Shown: one piece after another, positions 38,629-50,680 of the stretch
Numbering within the stretch: the stretch's first letter is position 1
Layout of the letters: each line of letters opens with the position of its first letter
From: Obrimoposthia wandeli
Taxonomy: Eukaryota
Assembly (NCBI GenBank): GCA_977020255.1
Contig: CDROCS010005890.1
Coordinates: 1-64,000 of the forward strand
Reading direction: 5' to 3'
Length of the DNA stretch: 64,000 nucleotides
Made by a program: the position numbers and the translations under genes
Notes under the pieces: model-generated
What the model saw: only the letters and a program-made list of their open reading frames with translations
The model's database searches: none
Told to the model about the DNA's origin: nothing

Positions 38629-39731
38629 TTTTTACCCCAATAAAAAACCGGCACTTGCTCTATACCTACTGGTGCAGCTAAAGGGTCAACATAGCGGTTC
38701 AATTGCTCACTTAGTTTTAGTGATGCAAAAAACGATTGTTTTGAACCAATTAATGACAATTTAAATCGTCGATTGGTGCCCTGAACACTGACTAATTGTA
38801 CAGACTGCACGGCCGATAATTCACTGAGGAATTCAGATACCGCAATTAATTCGTCTAATGACGCAATATTAGCAATATCAATTTGAAATTCATTATTATT
38901 CGTTGTTGATAACGCGTACTGCTGATAAATAATATCGGTGATGTCTGACAAAGCGTTAATGAGTAATTCGTCAACGTTATCGCCAATATATTGCTCGCTA
39001 AACACTTGGCTATGTTCACGTTGTGCATCTGTCATTAAGCTCCAATCCACCACTAAGCTTTTCGTTTGGCAAAGCGGGCAATCGTTACCATCATTTTGAG
39101 CAGCGAGTAAACTTGAGTTTGACACTCTAATCACAACAACAGCTTCCGCCATATAACGCGCAGACGCTTGGGCAACCGGTTGAGAAAACCGTCCCCAAAC
39201 ATCAGTTAACGTTAAGGCAGTTAAATCAGTTAAATCCATTATCGGCATAACTAACGGCAAGCCACGTAATAAAGAAAAATCATTAATGATATTTGGTAAC
39301 AAAGAATCAGAGGTTGAAGAAATGATTTTACGTTCAAAACCGTCTTCTTCAATTAGCCACACCATCACTTGTGGTCTTAACCGACCCCAAATGGCTAAAT
39401 CACTAGCTTTAAACAGATCGTTAATCTTACTTTCATCAAAGAAAACATCTAATGATGTTTGATCAGCATGACGAACATATTGATATTTCGTCACATAATT
39501 ATTGTAATTTTTTATCGCTTGGCTTATTAATGGATGTTCAACTTCCTTGCCTCCGACTTTCATAAATACAGCACGTAAAGCGTTTTTAAGCGCTTGATTG
39601 CGATCGCTGGTCGATTGCGAAGCAACAGCCACTTTTGCGCTGTATAAGTTTTCGACCTCAATAGCATTAATATTGAGCGGCAGAACTAAAAATAAGCATA
39701 TCAGACAATTTCTGAACATATTTTTGAACAT
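38625..39731 (-). CDS. DUF2066-family exported protein
   Basis: Signal peptide, VENLYSAKVAV, WGRLRPQVMVWL and PLVMPIMDLTD. Standard position between hda and purM in Alteromonadales. Confidence 0.85.
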   Translation of the reverse strand: MFKNMFRNCLICLFLVLPLNINAIEVENLYSAKVAVASQSTSDRNQALKNALRAVFMKVGGKEVEHPLISQAIKNYNNYVTKYQYVRHADQTSLDVFFDESKINDLFKASDLAIWGRLRPQVMVWLIEEDGFERKIISSTSDSLLPNIINDFSLLRGLPLVMPIMDLTDLTALTLTDVWGRFSQPVAQASARYMAEAVVVIRVSNSSLLAAQNDGNDCPLCQTKSLVVDWSLMTDAQREHSQVFSEQYIGDNVDELLINALSDITDIIYQQYALSTTNNNEFQIDIANIASLDELIAVSEFLSELSAVQSVQLVSVQGTNRRFKLSLIGSKQSFFASLKLSEQLNRYVDPLAAPVGIEQVPVFYWGKK

Positions 39732-39899
39732 ATTAGAGTATTAACAAGTGTTTCAATATGAAGATCTTATCATAATGTAGTGGATTTTTATCACATATAA
39801 AAAATAATTTATTTTAAAGATTTTAAGTCCGTCTTTCCACTGGTAGAATGTGCGCCTTTATCGTACAAGTAAACTAACTACATAATAGAGGTTTCCCCC

Positions 39900-40946
39900 G
39901 TGAGCGAAGAAAAACAGTCTTTAAGTTATAAAGATGCTGGCGTTGATATAGATGCAGGTAATGCCCTAGTTGAAAATATTAAAGGTGCGGTAAAACGTAC
40001 TACTCGTCCAGAAGTTATGGGGGGTCTAGGTGGTTTTGGCTCTATCTGCCAACTTCCAACAGGCTATAAAGAGCCTGTGCTAGTTGCTGGCACTGATGGC
40101 GTAGGTACAAAGCTACGCTTAGCCATTGACTTACAAAAGCACGATACTGTTGGTATCGACTTAGTCGCCATGTGTGTAAATGACCTTATTGTACAAGGTG
40201 CTGAGCCACTATTTTTCTTAGATTACTACGCAACAGCAAAACTTGATGTTGATGTAGCATCGGCTGTTGTTTCGGGTATTGCTGATGGTTGTGTGCTTTC
40301 AGGTTGTGCTTTAGTTGGTGGTGAAACCGCTGAAATGCCAGGCATGTACCACAAAGGCGATTACGATATTGCTGGTTTCTGTGTCGGTGTTGCTGAAAAG
40401 TCTCGTGTTATTGACGGTACAAAAGTTGCTGCCGGCGATCAACTGATTGCTTTAGCTTCATCAGGTGCACATTCAAACGGTTTTTCTTTAATTCGTAAAG
40501 TTTTAGAAGTTAATAAAACAGATACTAATGAGTTATTAAACGGTAAATCTATTGGCGATCATTTAATCGAACCAACTAAAATATATGTTAAATCAGTATT
40601 AGAGCTGCTTAAGCAGGTTGATGTTCATGCTTTATCACACATTACTGGTGGTGGTTTTTGGGAAAATATTCCTCGCGTTTTACCAGAAAGTGCTCAAGCT
40701 ATTGTTGATGGTAATAGCTGGGAATGGCCAGCGATATTTGATTGGTTACAGGAAAAAGGCAATATTACGACACATGAAATGTACCGTACCTTTAACTGTG
40801 GCGTTGGTATGATTATCGTTGTACCTGCTGACGCTGTTGCACAAAGTATCGAAATACTTACCGCACAAGGTGAAAATGCTTGGCATATTGGTGCGATTGC
40901 GGACATGCAAGCAGGTCAAGAACAAGTTATTATCAACAAAGGTTAA
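39900..40946 (+). CDS. purM: Phosphoribosylformylglycinamidine cyclo-ligase
   Basis: [40 protein letters not shown] and HITGGG. Confidence 0.98.
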   Translation: MSEEKQSLSYKDAGVDIDAGNALVENIKGAVKRTTRPEVMGGLGGFGSICQLPTGYKEPVLVAGTDGVGTKLRLAIDLQKHDTVGIDLVAMCVNDLIVQGAEPLFFLDYYATAKLDVDVASAVVSGIADGCVLSGCALVGGETAEMPGMYHKGDYDIAGFCVGVAEKSRVIDGTKVAAGDQLIALASSGAHSNGFSLIRKVLEVNKTDTNELLNGKSIGDHLIEPTKIYVKSVLELLKQVDVHALSHITGGGFWENIPRVLPESAQAIVDGNSWEWPAIFDWLQEKGNITTHEMYRTFNCGVGMIIVVPADAVAQSIEILTAQGENAWHIGAIADMQAGQEQVIINKG

Positions 40947-40952
40947 TCATTA

Positions 40953-41597
40953 ATGCGAAGCCGAATTGTAGTACTAATTTCCGGCGGCGGCACAAACTTA
41001 CAGGCAATAATTGATGCCAGTAAGCAAGATAACTACAGTGGCGATGTCGTCGCTGTAGTATCTAATAAAGCTGACGTTTATGGATTAACCCGAGCACAAG
41101 ACGCTGCTATAGCAACGTCTGTGCTTTCACATAAAGATTTCGAAACACGCGAGTTATACGATAGCGCGTTGATCAATGAAATTAACAGTCATCAGCCTGA
41201 CTTAATAGTATTAGCCGGTTTTATGCGTATTTTAACGCCAAAATTTGTGCAAACATTTCAAGGGCGTTTGATTAACATTCACCCTTCTTTATTACCTAAA
41301 TATCAAGGTTTACATACGCATCAACGCGCCATTGATGCAGGTGATACTGTACATGGTGTTAGTGTGCATTTTGTTACTGAAGAACTTGATGGCGGACCGG
41401 TAATTTTACAAGCTAAAGTACCTGTTTTCCCAGAAGATAATGCTGACGACTTAGCCCAACGTGTTCATCAACAAGAGCATCGGATTTATCCGATGGTGGT
41501 TAACTGGTGTTGTACTAAACGGGTGACAATGGTTGCAGATAACGCGTTATTTGATGGTGTAATTCTGCCGATTTCAGGGTATGCTAGCGAAGACTAG
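40953..41597 (+). CDS. purN: Phosphoribosylglycinamide formyltransferase
   Basis: VLISGGGTNLQA, LAGFMRIL, NIHPSLLPKY and ELDGGPVILQ. Confidence 0.98.
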   Translation: MRSRIVVLISGGGTNLQAIIDASKQDNYSGDVVAVVSNKADVYGLTRAQDAAIATSVLSHKDFETRELYDSALINEINSHQPDLIVLAGFMRILTPKFVQTFQGRLINIHPSLLPKYQGLHTHQRAIDAGDTVHGVSVHFVTEELDGGPVILQAKVPVFPEDNADDLAQRVHQQEHRIYPMVVNWCCTKRVTMVADNALFDGVILPISGYASED

Positions 41598-41622
41598 CAT
41601 TTACCTTTGAGAACTTATTATT

Positions 41623-42387
41623 ATGTTGAAATCATTAGCTTATATTCCTTTTCTTCTATCTGCTTTAGCCTTTGATGCCATAGCTGCAGATAAAGAAAAC
41701 AACGTAATGGTTCCAGCATTTAATGCCAAATATACCATTTTACGTAAATCGAAAGCTGTTGGTGAAGCCACTCGTCAGTTAACTTATTTAGCTGATGGTT
41801 TTGCACAATACAGTTACCATACAGACATTGAATGGTTTATTTTCTCAGATACTCGCTCAGAAAAATCGGTTGTTAAACTTGAAGGTAGTAAAGTCACACC
41901 GACAAGTTATGAATACAAGCGCGAAGGTACAGGCTCTGATAAGTATTATAAATGGCGTTATGACACCACAAACAATATCGCCGTTGATGAAAAAAAAGAA
42001 AAAACAAAAACAGTCAATTTCCCTGAAAATATTCAAGACCCTCTCAGTTATCATCTGCAACATCGCTTGAACTTAATGAGTAACCCAAAACAAAAGCAAT
42101 TCACTTATCCCGTCATTAAAACATCAGGAGACATTAAAGATTATGTTTACCAGTATGATGGTGAAGAAGAACTGATGTTGCCGTATGGTTTAGTTAAAAC
42201 CATACGACTAAAGCGTGAAATTGTTGAAAAAGAACGTATCACTTATGCCTGGTTTGCTCCTGAATTAGATTATTTATTAGTCAAGTTATATCAAGTTAAA
42301 GAAGGGGTTGAGCAATTTGAAGCGCAATTAAAGTCGGTCACAGCAATGAAGACAACGGAAGCTGCGGGCAATATTGTTAGCCAGTAG
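41623..42387 (+). CDS. DUF3108-family exported protein
   Basis: Signal peptide, QDPLSYHLQHRL and AWFAPELDYLLVKL. Usual neighbour downstream of purN. Confidence 0.85.
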   Translation: MLKSLAYIPFLLSALAFDAIAADKENNVMVPAFNAKYTILRKSKAVGEATRQLTYLADGFAQYSYHTDIEWFIFSDTRSEKSVVKLEGSKVTPTSYEYKREGTGSDKYYKWRYDTTNNIAVDEKKEKTKTVNFPENIQDPLSYHLQHRLNLMSNPKQKQFTYPVIKTSGDIKDYVYQYDGEEELMLPYGLVKTIRLKREIVEKERITYAWFAPELDYLLVKLYQVKEGVEQFEAQLKSVTAMKTTEAAGNIVSQ

Positions 42388-42636
42388 TGATTAATGAAAT
42401 GAACATTGACCTAATTTAAAACTTTTAGGCGATAGATCGCCACTGTTTTCATCACTAAACTCCAGTTGTTAAACTAGGTGCTAAACTACAGATGCTAATA
42501 CCCCCTAAAGTACTTTGCTAAACATTTTAGGAGTTTGCCAGAATATAATCACGCCAACATTATTTTAGCCAAAACCACCCTACTATATTCAACGGTTAGT
42601 CTTGGCTCCCCCAAGCTAAGTAATATCTTTGGTCTA

Positions 42637-43425
42637 TTACTCACTCTGCTTACTTTGGCAAATCAATTGCCCTTTGCAAAATAACAAGCCTTCCCCTGCC
42701 TGCATTTTTTGCCATGTTTCATCATCCGTTAGTGGTTGAGTTGCAATCACAGTAACAATGTCATTTTCAGTAGTTTCTTGATCGAAATTTACCACCATTT
42801 CAGCATCAATCAAACTCGCTTTTCCAAACGGGGCACGTCGTGTAAGCCAATGTAAATTATTGGCGCAATAAACTAAGAGAAAATCGCCATCAGTGAGTAA
42901 TAAATTAAACACGCCTAACTTATTTATTTGCTGGCATAACTCCATGACGAAATGAAAGAGCACTTCTGACTCAGGAACATGATCATCAAACTTATGTAAA
43001 ATCTGCTCCAAAACCCAACAAAAGGCATGCTCACTATCGGTTTCTCCAATAGGTAAATGATATTTTACAGGTAGTTTATTTTTAAAGTCGGCTAATTGGC
43101 CATTGTGGGCATAAGTCCAATTTTTCCCCCACATAGGACGAATAAAAGGATGGGTATTTACCAAAGAAACTTCACCAGAGTTTGCTTGGCGTATATGACA
43201 AACCACCGTTTCACTCTTTATCGGATAATCAGTCACTAATTGCGCAATAGGTGATTGTGCACTCGGCAGTGGATCTTTAAAACTACGACAACCCTTACCT
43301 TCATAGAAAGTGATACCCCAACCATCTTTATGCGGCCCCGTATTACCACCGCGTTGCATTAAACCACTAAAACTAAAACAAATATCCGTGGGTACATTAG
43401 CGCTCATCGCCATTAGTTCACACAT
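42637..43425 (-). CDS. yafJ: Class II glutamine amidotransferase (YafJ-like)
   Basis: MCEL (N-terminal Cys nucleophile), HKDGWGI, NTHPF, AHNGQL and GETDSE. Confidence 0.92.
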   Translation of the reverse strand: MCELMAMSANVPTDICFSFSGLMQRGGNTGPHKDGWGITFYEGKGCRSFKDPLPSAQSPIAQLVTDYPIKSETVVCHIRQANSGEVSLVNTHPFIRPMWGKNWTYAHNGQLADFKNKLPVKYHLPIGETDSEHAFCWVLEQILHKFDDHVPESEVLFHFVMELCQQINKLGVFNLLLTDGDFLLVYCANNLHWLTRRAPFGKASLIDAEMVVNFDQETTENDIVTVIATQPLTDDETWQKMQAGEGLLFCKGQLICQSKQSE

Positions 43426-43731
43426 AAAAAACTATCCATATAAAAATTGAAGGCGCTGCTATCAAAAATAAACTCGATATCAGATGAGTCATAAATCATA
43501 CTTATATATTTAAGTATCGGCACTATTTTTTCCTCTAAACAAGTAGAAAAGCAAGTAAATTGGTATAATACTTTATTGTCGAATCAGATTAATCCATGCT
43601 TGATTCGATAGCGAACAGTTTACGCCTGATAGATTAGCTCTGCGTTGCTATTGAGTTGTTTTTATTTTCTTTGATTGAGGTGATATAAGATTTTACGTTG
43701 TTATGGTTATCAACTCACATTGTTTCTATAC

Positions 43732-43753
43732 TTAACGTAAAAATTTACGTTAA
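43732..43753. promoter_or_regulatory. Perfect palindrome in the yafJ/fadE intergenic region
   Basis: TTAACGTAAA-AA-TTTACGTTAA (10-bp arms). The cognate factor is unknown. Confidence 0.5.
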
Positions 43754-43933
43754 AGAATGGCACAATAATTAATGTAAGCACTGACTACTAAACAAATACC
43801 GACAAAATAAGGGACAATTTAAGCAACAATACCAATAATAAGACAAGGAACCATCGAAGAACCATTTTTCGGGGGCATATTAACAATAAATAATTTGAAT
43901 TTATCAACAAGACGAATTAAGCTTAAGCAATTA

Positions 43934-43950
43934 ATCTGGTCTGACCTCCA
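43934..43950. promoter_or_regulatory. FadR operator upstream of fadE
   Basis: ATCTGGTCTGACCTCCA fits the FadR consensus AACTGGTCnGACCAGTT and closely resembles the E. coli fadE operator. It lies 38 bp before the start. Confidence 0.8.
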
Positions 43951-43988
43951 GTAACTTTAACATCAAATATCAACAGTAAGGAAAAGAT

Positions 43989-46406
43989 GTGGACTACTTA
44001 ACTTGGATACTCATTGCTATCGCATTGTGTGGGTTTATGGCGTACTCGCGCGCTTCACTCGCAACATTTACCGTAGCATTTGCCCTACTTATGATCTTGG
44101 GAACAATTTTCCAAGTGATATCATTCTTCAGCTGGTTACTTTTTGCCATTATCGCCATACCGCTCAATATTTCAGATATTCGTAAACAATATATCTCAAA
44201 TCCATTACTGACGATGTTCAGAGGCATCATGCCTGAAATGTCTAAAACAGAACAAGAAGCTATTGACGCAGGTACTACCTGGTTTGAAGCTGAATTGTTT
44301 CGTGGTACACCAGATTGGAAAAAGCTCCATAACTACCCTAAGCCAAGATTAAGCGCTGAAGAACAAGCCTTCTTAGATGGTCCAGTAGAAGAAGTTTGTC
44401 GTATGACAGATGATTGGCAAACCACACATGAGCTTGCTGATTTAACACCTGAAGTATGGCAATACCTGAAAGACAATAAGTTTTTTGCCATGATTATTAA
44501 AAAGCAATACGGTGGTCTCGAATTTTGTGCTTATGCTCAATCTCGTGTCTTACAAAAACTGTCTAGTATTAGTGCCGTTTTATCATCAACTGTTGGTGTG
44601 CCTAATTCACTCGGCCCGGGCGAGCTATTACAGCATTATGGTACAAAAGAGCAACAAGACTATTACCTACCGCGTCTAGTTAAAGGCGACGAGATCCCTT
44701 GTTTCGCATTAACAAGCCCTGAAGCAGGTTCAGACGCTGGCTCTATTCCTGATTACGGTATTGTTTGTCGTGGTGAGTTTAATGGTGAAGAAGTACTGGG
44801 TATGCGCTTAACGTGGGATAAACGCTACATTACGTTAGCCCCCGTTGCTACTGTACTTGGTCTTGCATTTAAATTACAAGATCCAGACCATTTATTGGGT
44901 GATGAAGAAAACTTAGGTATTACCTGTGCATTAATTCCAACAGATATTGAAGGTGTTATTGCTGGTCGTCGTCATTTCCCATTAAACGTGCCTTTTCAAA
45001 ATGGCCCAACCCAAGGTAATGATGTTTTCGTGCCATTAAGCTTTATCATTGGTGGCCCAGAAATGGCAGGACAAGGCTGGCGTATGCTGGTTGAATGTTT
45101 ATCTGTAGGTCGTGCGATCACATTACCTTCAAACAGCGCAGGTGGCATAAAATCACTAGCATTAGCCACCGGTGCATACAGCCGTATTCGTCGTCAATTT
45201 AAAATATCTATTGGTAAAATGGAAGGCGTTGAAGAAGCATTAGCAAGAATTGGCGGCAATGCCTATTTAATGGATGCTGTAACAACAATGTCGACCGGCG
45301 CTATTGATATGGGCGAAAAGCCGAGTGTTATTTCTGCTATTGCTAAATATCATTTAACCGAGAAAATGCGTAATTGTGTTTCTGATGCTATGGACATTCA
45401 CGGTGGTAAAGGCATATGTATGGGGCCTAATAACTACCTTGCTCGTAGTTACCAAGGTGCTCCGGTTGCTATTACCGTTGAAGGTGCAAATATTTTAACG
45501 CGCAGTATGATTATTTACGGTCAAGGCGCTATTCGCTGTCATCCTTATGTACTTGCTGAGCTATCAGCGGCAAATAATGAAGATCAACAACAAGCGCTAC
45601 ATGACTTTGACCATGCCCTATTTGGTCATATTGGTTTTGCTGTTAGTAATATTTGTCGTAGTGTTTGGTTCTCTTTCACTGGTAGTTACGCGTTAAGTGC
45701 ACCTTACAATGATGAAACTAGACGTTATTACCAATTAATGACTCGCTTTAGTTCAAACTTGGCCATGCTTTCAGATATTGCTATGTTAACGTTAGGTGGT
45801 GATTTAAAACGTAAAGAGCGTATTTCAGCAAGATTAGGCGATATTTTAAGTTATTTATATTTAGCTTCTGCAACCCTTAAACGTTATAACGATGAAGGTC
45901 GCCAAAGCGCCGACTTACCATTGGTGCAATGGGCATTAGAAGATAGCTTGTATAATATTCAACAGGCGATTAATGAGCTTATTAATAACTTTCCTAACCG
46001 CATTGTTGCAGCAGCCTTAAGAGTTATTATTTTGCCATTGGGTTGTTGGTTGCAAAAACCATCAGATAAAACTGATCATAAAGTTGCAGCATTATTACAA
46101 TATCATAATGAAACTCGTTCACGCTTAGGCCAAGGTCAATATCTGACGCGCGAACCTGGAAACATTTTAGGGCAATTAGAGCAAACTCTTGAAGATATTA
46201 TTGCTTGTGAGCCAATTTTTGACAAAATTTGTCGAGAGCTTGGTCAACGCTTACCTTTTTACCAACTTGATTTAGTGGCTCAAAAAGGGCTTGAAGCCAA
46301 TATTATCAACGAAGAAGAAGCCGCACTATTAACGAAAACTGAAATTGCACGAAAAGCAACCATTGACGTTGATGACTTTGACTCTGATTACTTAAAGGCG
46401 AGTTAG
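43989..46406 (+). CDS. fadE: Acyl-CoA dehydrogenase FadE
   Basis: [54 protein letters not shown] and [11 protein letters not shown]; N-terminal membrane anchor. Confidence 0.96.
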   Translation: MDYLTWILIAIALCGFMAYSRASLATFTVAFALLMILGTIFQVISFFSWLLFAIIAIPLNISDIRKQYISNPLLTMFRGIMPEMSKTEQEAIDAGTTWFEAELFRGTPDWKKLHNYPKPRLSAEEQAFLDGPVEEVCRMTDDWQTTHELADLTPEVWQYLKDNKFFAMIIKKQYGGLEFCAYAQSRVLQKLSSISAVLSSTVGVPNSLGPGELLQHYGTKEQQDYYLPRLVKGDEIPCFALTSPEAGSDAGSIPDYGIVCRGEFNGEEVLGMRLTWDKRYITLAPVATVLGLAFKLQDPDHLLGDEENLGITCALIPTDIEGVIAGRRHFPLNVPFQNGPTQGNDVFVPLSFIIGGPEMAGQGWRMLVECLSVGRAITLPSNSAGGIKSLALATGAYSRIRRQFKISIGKMEGVEEALARIGGNAYLMDAVTTMSTGAIDMGEKPSVISAIAKYHLTEKMRNCVSDAMDIHGGKGICMGPNNYLARSYQGAPVAITVEGANILTRSMIIYGQGAIRCHPYVLAELSAANNEDQQQALHDFDHALFGHIGFAVSNICRSVWFSFTGSYALSAPYNDETRRYYQLMTRFSSNLAMLSDIAMLTLGGDLKRKERISARLGDILSYLYLASATLKRYNDEGRQSADLPLVQWALEDSLYNIQQAINELINNFPNRIVAAALRVIILPLGCWLQKPSDKTDHKVAALLQYHNETRSRLGQGQYLTREPGNILGQLEQTLEDIIACEPIFDKICRELGQRLPFYQLDLVAQKGLEANIINEEEAALLTKTEIARKATIDVDDFDSDYLKAS

Positions 46407-46446
46407 GTTAAGTAGCTGACAATATTTTCAAAATACAATGATCAAG

Positions 46447-46481
46447 AAGCCATTACTGTTTGTAACAGTAATGGCTTTTTT
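46447..46481 (+). terminator. Intrinsic terminator after fadE
   Basis: AAGCCATTACTGTT-TGT-AACAGTAATGGCTT-TTTT. Confidence 0.88.
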
Positions 46482-46908
46482 ATATCAGCCTTAATCAGAT
46501 GTTAATAAGTTATTAATAACTCCCCCTGTCCCCCTTACACCTGTTAGCAGATTTTGTTAATATGCCCTCGATATACAATTGTAACTAAACTGTAACTACT
46601 AAATTTTATCTAATATTTAATTGAGCACTTGATAATCAACCTCTCATATCTATGTTGAATTAATGGCTTACACAGCGCTATGTGAATAATAGTGGGCTAT
46701 TTATCGATGTGTTAACACTGAGACTCGGATACAAGGAAATATTGAGCAAATACTGCTTACCCCAAATTAGGGTTATTTAGTAAACTAATACAGCAATCAT
46801 TGTCACAACTAAGCAAAGCTCAGAAGTAAAACTTAGCTATAATTGTATAATAACCGACATAATAACCACTAATGACAAATTGGTGGTGTTAACGAGCAAA
46901 TAGAATAG

Positions 46909-47580
46909 ATGTTAGAAGATATTAAACAAATACCAATAAAACGACGTAGTAAAGGTGAAAAAACCAAGCAACTGATCTTAGAGTCAGCCGTTTCAATCCT
47001 TGCTGAGCAAGGCATTAAAGGTACGACTCATCGCGCTGTCGCGTCGCACGCTGATATTCAACTTTCTTTAACAACCTACTATTTCAAAGATATTCACGCC
47101 TTAATTCAGCAAGCTTTTCAATTGAATTCAGAGCGCATCATACAAGCAACACCTTTGTTATGGCAGCCCATTTTAAGTCTGATGGCGCAATACAATAAAG
47201 TAGCATTACGTCGAGTTGGCTTGCGGATAGAACTAAGAGATACGTTAACCGATCTATTTTTGAATTTTATTGCATTAAATACCAGTACTCACCGTAAACA
47301 ACTTATTGTAGAACAACAGTTATTTAATGAAATTCAAGTTGCACCGACATTACGAGACATGGCAGCACATCACTATGCAGCCCAACTTGAACCATGCCAG
47401 CATTTATGCCAGTATTTTAGCCGAAGCAAAGCGGTTGCTAACGCACAAATACTGCTTTCTTTACTAAAACAAATACAATATCGCCAATTACTTTCTGATA
47501 CTGCAGTGATAAAACAGCAAGATATCCGCGTCATGATTCAGCAAACAATGACATTGATACTTGACGTAAAACCATCGTAG
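46909..47580 (+). CDS. TetR/AcrR-family transcriptional regulator
   Basis: N-terminal HTH: ILESAVSILAEQGIKGTTHRAVASHADIQLSLTTYYF. Confidence 0.9.
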   Translation: MLEDIKQIPIKRRSKGEKTKQLILESAVSILAEQGIKGTTHRAVASHADIQLSLTTYYFKDIHALIQQAFQLNSERIIQATPLLWQPILSLMAQYNKVALRRVGLRIELRDTLTDLFLNFIALNTSTHRKQLIVEQQLFNEIQVAPTLRDMAAHHYAAQLEPCQHLCQYFSRSKAVANAQILLSLLKQIQYRQLLSDTAVIKQQDIRVMIQQTMTLILDVKPS

Positions 47581-47661
47581 CAATTCGACTAAAGCTTTGT
47601 ACTCCTAAAGAAAATCAGTTAAATTGAGTCATCGGACCATATAATTTAATCAGGAATACTT

Positions 47662-49029
47662 GTGGATTTTAGTGAACAACTAGCGCAACACCAGTCATTT
47701 TTTGCGACCAATGCTACCCGTGATTTAGCTTGGCGTAAGCATCAACTCCAACAGATCAAACGTTTAGTGATAGAGAATGAAGCGCTTTTTCTCGCGGCCC
47801 TTTTCACTGATTTAGGTAAACCTGCGCAGGAAGCGTGGATCACTGAAGTATCTTATGTAACTGGTGATGTTGACCACGTTTGTAAGCGCCTCAATCGCTG
47901 GGCTAAAAAGCGCTCAGTTGCCACGCCTATTGTTGCACAACCAGGGCGTTCTTATATTCAACCTGAGCCTCAAGGTACGGTACTTATTATTGGTGCATGG
48001 AATTATCCTATGCAGTTGATATTAGCTCCTTTAGTGGCTGTAATAGCCGCTGGTAATTGCGCAATTGTTAAACCTTCTGAGCTTGCACCAGCAACCTCGA
48101 CCTTATTAGCAAACTTGATCCCTAAATACTTAGATAATAGTGCCGTCAGTGTTGTTGAAGGTGCCGTAGAGGCAACAACTGCCCTACTTTCTTTAGCCTT
48201 TGATCATATTATGTATACTGGTAATGGCCAGGTTGGCCGAATTGTGATGACTGCTGCGGCAAAACATTTAACGCCAGTAACGCTAGAGCTAGGCGGCAAA
48301 AGTCCTGTTTATGTTGATGAAAGTGCTGACCTTACTATTACGGCTCAAAGAATTGCTTGGGGGAAGTGGATGAATGCTGGACAAACTTGCATTGCTCCAG
48401 ATTATATTATCACCTCCAAAAAAATGATTGCTCCTTTGGTCGTCGCGCTTAAAAAGCAAATTACCAATATGTTTGGTAAAAATCCAAAAGAAAGTAAAAG
48501 CTATGGTCGAATAATTAATACCCGTCATGCTGAACGTATTAGTGGCTATCTAACAGATCTAGACGTTGAAGTAGGCGGTGAATTTGACATCGAAGAACGT
48601 TATATTGCACCAACCATCGTGCTTAACCCTCCGATTGATAGTGCATTAATGACCGATGAAATATTCGGCGCCATTCTTCCTATCATTGCCATTGAAGACT
48701 TTGATACGGTAAAAGCTTTTGTTAAAGCGCGTGATAAGCCTTTATCTGCTTATATTTTTAGTAAAAACAAAGAACAATGCCAAGCTTGGGTAAATGAAAT
48801 AAGTGCTGGCAGCCAATGTATTAATGATGTAATTATGTTTAATGCGGTACCCGAATTACCCTTTGGCGGCGTGGGCCCAAGTGGTATGGGACAATATAGT
48901 GGTCAAGCCGGCTTTGATAATTTCAGTCATTTAAAATCTGTACTTGTTCGACCCTTTATCAAAGATTTACCGGTTAGGTTTGCCCCTTACAGTAAAATTA
49001 AATTTAAGTTTCTTCGTTGGATCCGTTGA
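47662..49029 (+). CDS. Aldehyde dehydrogenase (class 3 / fatty- or coniferyl-aldehyde type)
   Basis: IIGAWNYP, VKPSE, YTGNGQVG, LELGGKSP, NAGQTCIAPDY, DEIFG and PFGGVGPSGMG. Confidence 0.95.
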   Translation: MDFSEQLAQHQSFFATNATRDLAWRKHQLQQIKRLVIENEALFLAALFTDLGKPAQEAWITEVSYVTGDVDHVCKRLNRWAKKRSVATPIVAQPGRSYIQPEPQGTVLIIGAWNYPMQLILAPLVAVIAAGNCAIVKPSELAPATSTLLANLIPKYLDNSAVSVVEGAVEATTALLSLAFDHIMYTGNGQVGRIVMTAAAKHLTPVTLELGGKSPVYVDESADLTITAQRIAWGKWMNAGQTCIAPDYIITSKKMIAPLVVALKKQITNMFGKNPKESKSYGRIINTRHAERISGYLTDLDVEVGGEFDIEERYIAPTIVLNPPIDSALMTDEIFGAILPIIAIEDFDTVKAFVKARDKPLSAYIFSKNKEQCQAWVNEISAGSQCINDVIMFNAVPELPFGGVGPSGMGQYSGQAGFDNFSHLKSVLVRPFIKDLPVRFAPYSKIKFKFLRWIR

Positions 49030-49091
49030 GCCGCGTTAAACACTCGTTATTGAATAAGTGCCCTTAATTTAAGGGTATTGAGGGTAATATC

Positions 49092-50144
49092 ATGAAGTAT
49101 GTTCAACTAGGTAGCAGTTCACTTAAGGTATCACGTGTTTGTTTAGGCAGTATGACTTGGGGATTACAAAATAATCAAGCTGACGCTAATGCACAACTTA
49201 ATTATGCCCAAATGCAGGGAGTTAACTTTGTCGATACCGCTGAAATGTATGCGGTTCCACCCTCGGCAGAAACTTACGGTAAAACCGAGGAAATTATTGG
49301 TCATTGGCTTAATGGAGATCCATCTCGTCGGCAGAATATCGTTTTAGCTTCAAAGATTGCAGGCCCTGGTTTTTCATATATTCGTGATGGCAGCAATATA
49401 TCTGGAGCCAGTGTCATTGCTGGTGTTGAAACATCGTTAAAACGCCTGCAAACAGATTATATTGACCTTTACCAGCTACATTGGCCTAATCGCCAGTCGC
49501 CACATTTTGGACAACACCAACCCAATCGCATTAACTATAGCCAAGTGAACAGTGCACAACAAACTGAAGAAATGCTGGATATTTTACAAGGTTTAGAACA
49601 CTGTGTGAAAGCGGGAAAAATTCGTTATTGTGGCCTGTCTGATGACACCCCTTGGGGCATTAACCAGTACCTGCGTTTAAGTGCGGAGCATAACCTACCA
49701 CGTATGGTATCAATTCAAAATGAATTCAGTCTGTTACACACCAAAGACTGGCCATATTTAATTGAAAATTGTATTCATGAAGATATTGCCTACTTACCTT
49801 GGTCGCCGTTGGCAACAGGGTCGTTGACCGGTAAATATTTAAATGGGCAACGCCCTAAAGGCAGTCGTTGGACTTTAATGCAACGGCATGGGCTTTTCAG
49901 AGATACCGTACACGCTGACGCCGCAATTCATGCTTATATCGATATTGCTGATAAATACAATATCTCTCCAGCCCATTTAGCCTTGGCATGGTGTGAGCAA
50001 GTTAATGGTGTTACTTCAACCATTATTGGCGCAACAACCATGCAGCAGCTAACAGAAAATATTAACGCCTTTAAAGCACCATTACCTCAGCCGGCACTTG
50101 ACGATATAAGCCAGGTATTGGCACAATATCCTGCACCATTTTAG
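49092..50144 (+). CDS. tas: Aldo/keto reductase (Tas-like)
   Basis: VSRVCLGSMTWG, DTAEMYAVPP, LQTDYIDLYQLHWPNR, SIQNEFSLL and WSPLA. Confidence 0.85.
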   Translation: MKYVQLGSSSLKVSRVCLGSMTWGLQNNQADANAQLNYAQMQGVNFVDTAEMYAVPPSAETYGKTEEIIGHWLNGDPSRRQNIVLASKIAGPGFSYIRDGSNISGASVIAGVETSLKRLQTDYIDLYQLHWPNRQSPHFGQHQPNRINYSQVNSAQQTEEMLDILQGLEHCVKAGKIRYCGLSDDTPWGINQYLRLSAEHNLPRMVSIQNEFSLLHTKDWPYLIENCIHEDIAYLPWSPLATGSLTGKYLNGQRPKGSRWTLMQRHGLFRDTVHADAAIHAYIDIADKYNISPAHLALAWCEQVNGVTSTIIGATTMQQLTENINAFKAPLPQPALDDISQVLAQYPAPF

Positions 50145-50599
50145 CCTTTAAGCTAAAGCCAATAAGTAGTGGAAAAGTAAATCTAGCCTTGCATGCAGCC
50201 ACTTAACAATACAAGTCTGGATTTATTTCAAGCACTCGCAATGGAGGGTTATAGCGGCAAACGGACTAATTCATTGTTCGCCGTTACATACCTTTTACAA
50301 AATCTACCTAACCAGTTTCTACATTGAGCTAATACCCAACAGCCCAGTATTGCGCAATCATACCTTTTGAATGTGGCAAATTCTGTTTCTAGCGTGATAA
50401 ATTTTAAAGAACAAGGCGTTTGATTGATTCTTACTTGATGTAATCGTTTATTATAGAAGCATATTGCCAAGTCATAGTGGGCTATTGAATAGCTAGGCCA
50501 CCTCAAAATGAGCACTTAATTATTAGTATTAACTTAATGAAGAGTACACATTTAATCCGTTTGCTATAACCACAAGTTGAAAGCTCAAGTAGTTCACCT

Positions 50600-50636
50600 A
50601 AAAAAAAACCGTATTTCAATTAGAAATACGGTTTTT
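50600..50636. terminator. Intrinsic terminator (bidirectional) after the acyl-CoA dehydrogenase
   Basis: A-tract-CCGTATTTC-AATTA-GAAATACGG-TTTTT. Confidence 0.82.
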
Positions 50637-50680
50637 AATATTTACTAGCTAGTTTTTACTAGCTAACTAAAACGATAATA

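Noticed and set aside
50241-50515. ORF 50249..50515 (-) and a stop-interrupted + strand frame
   Set aside because: Neither gives a family I can name; it may be a relic but is unsupported.
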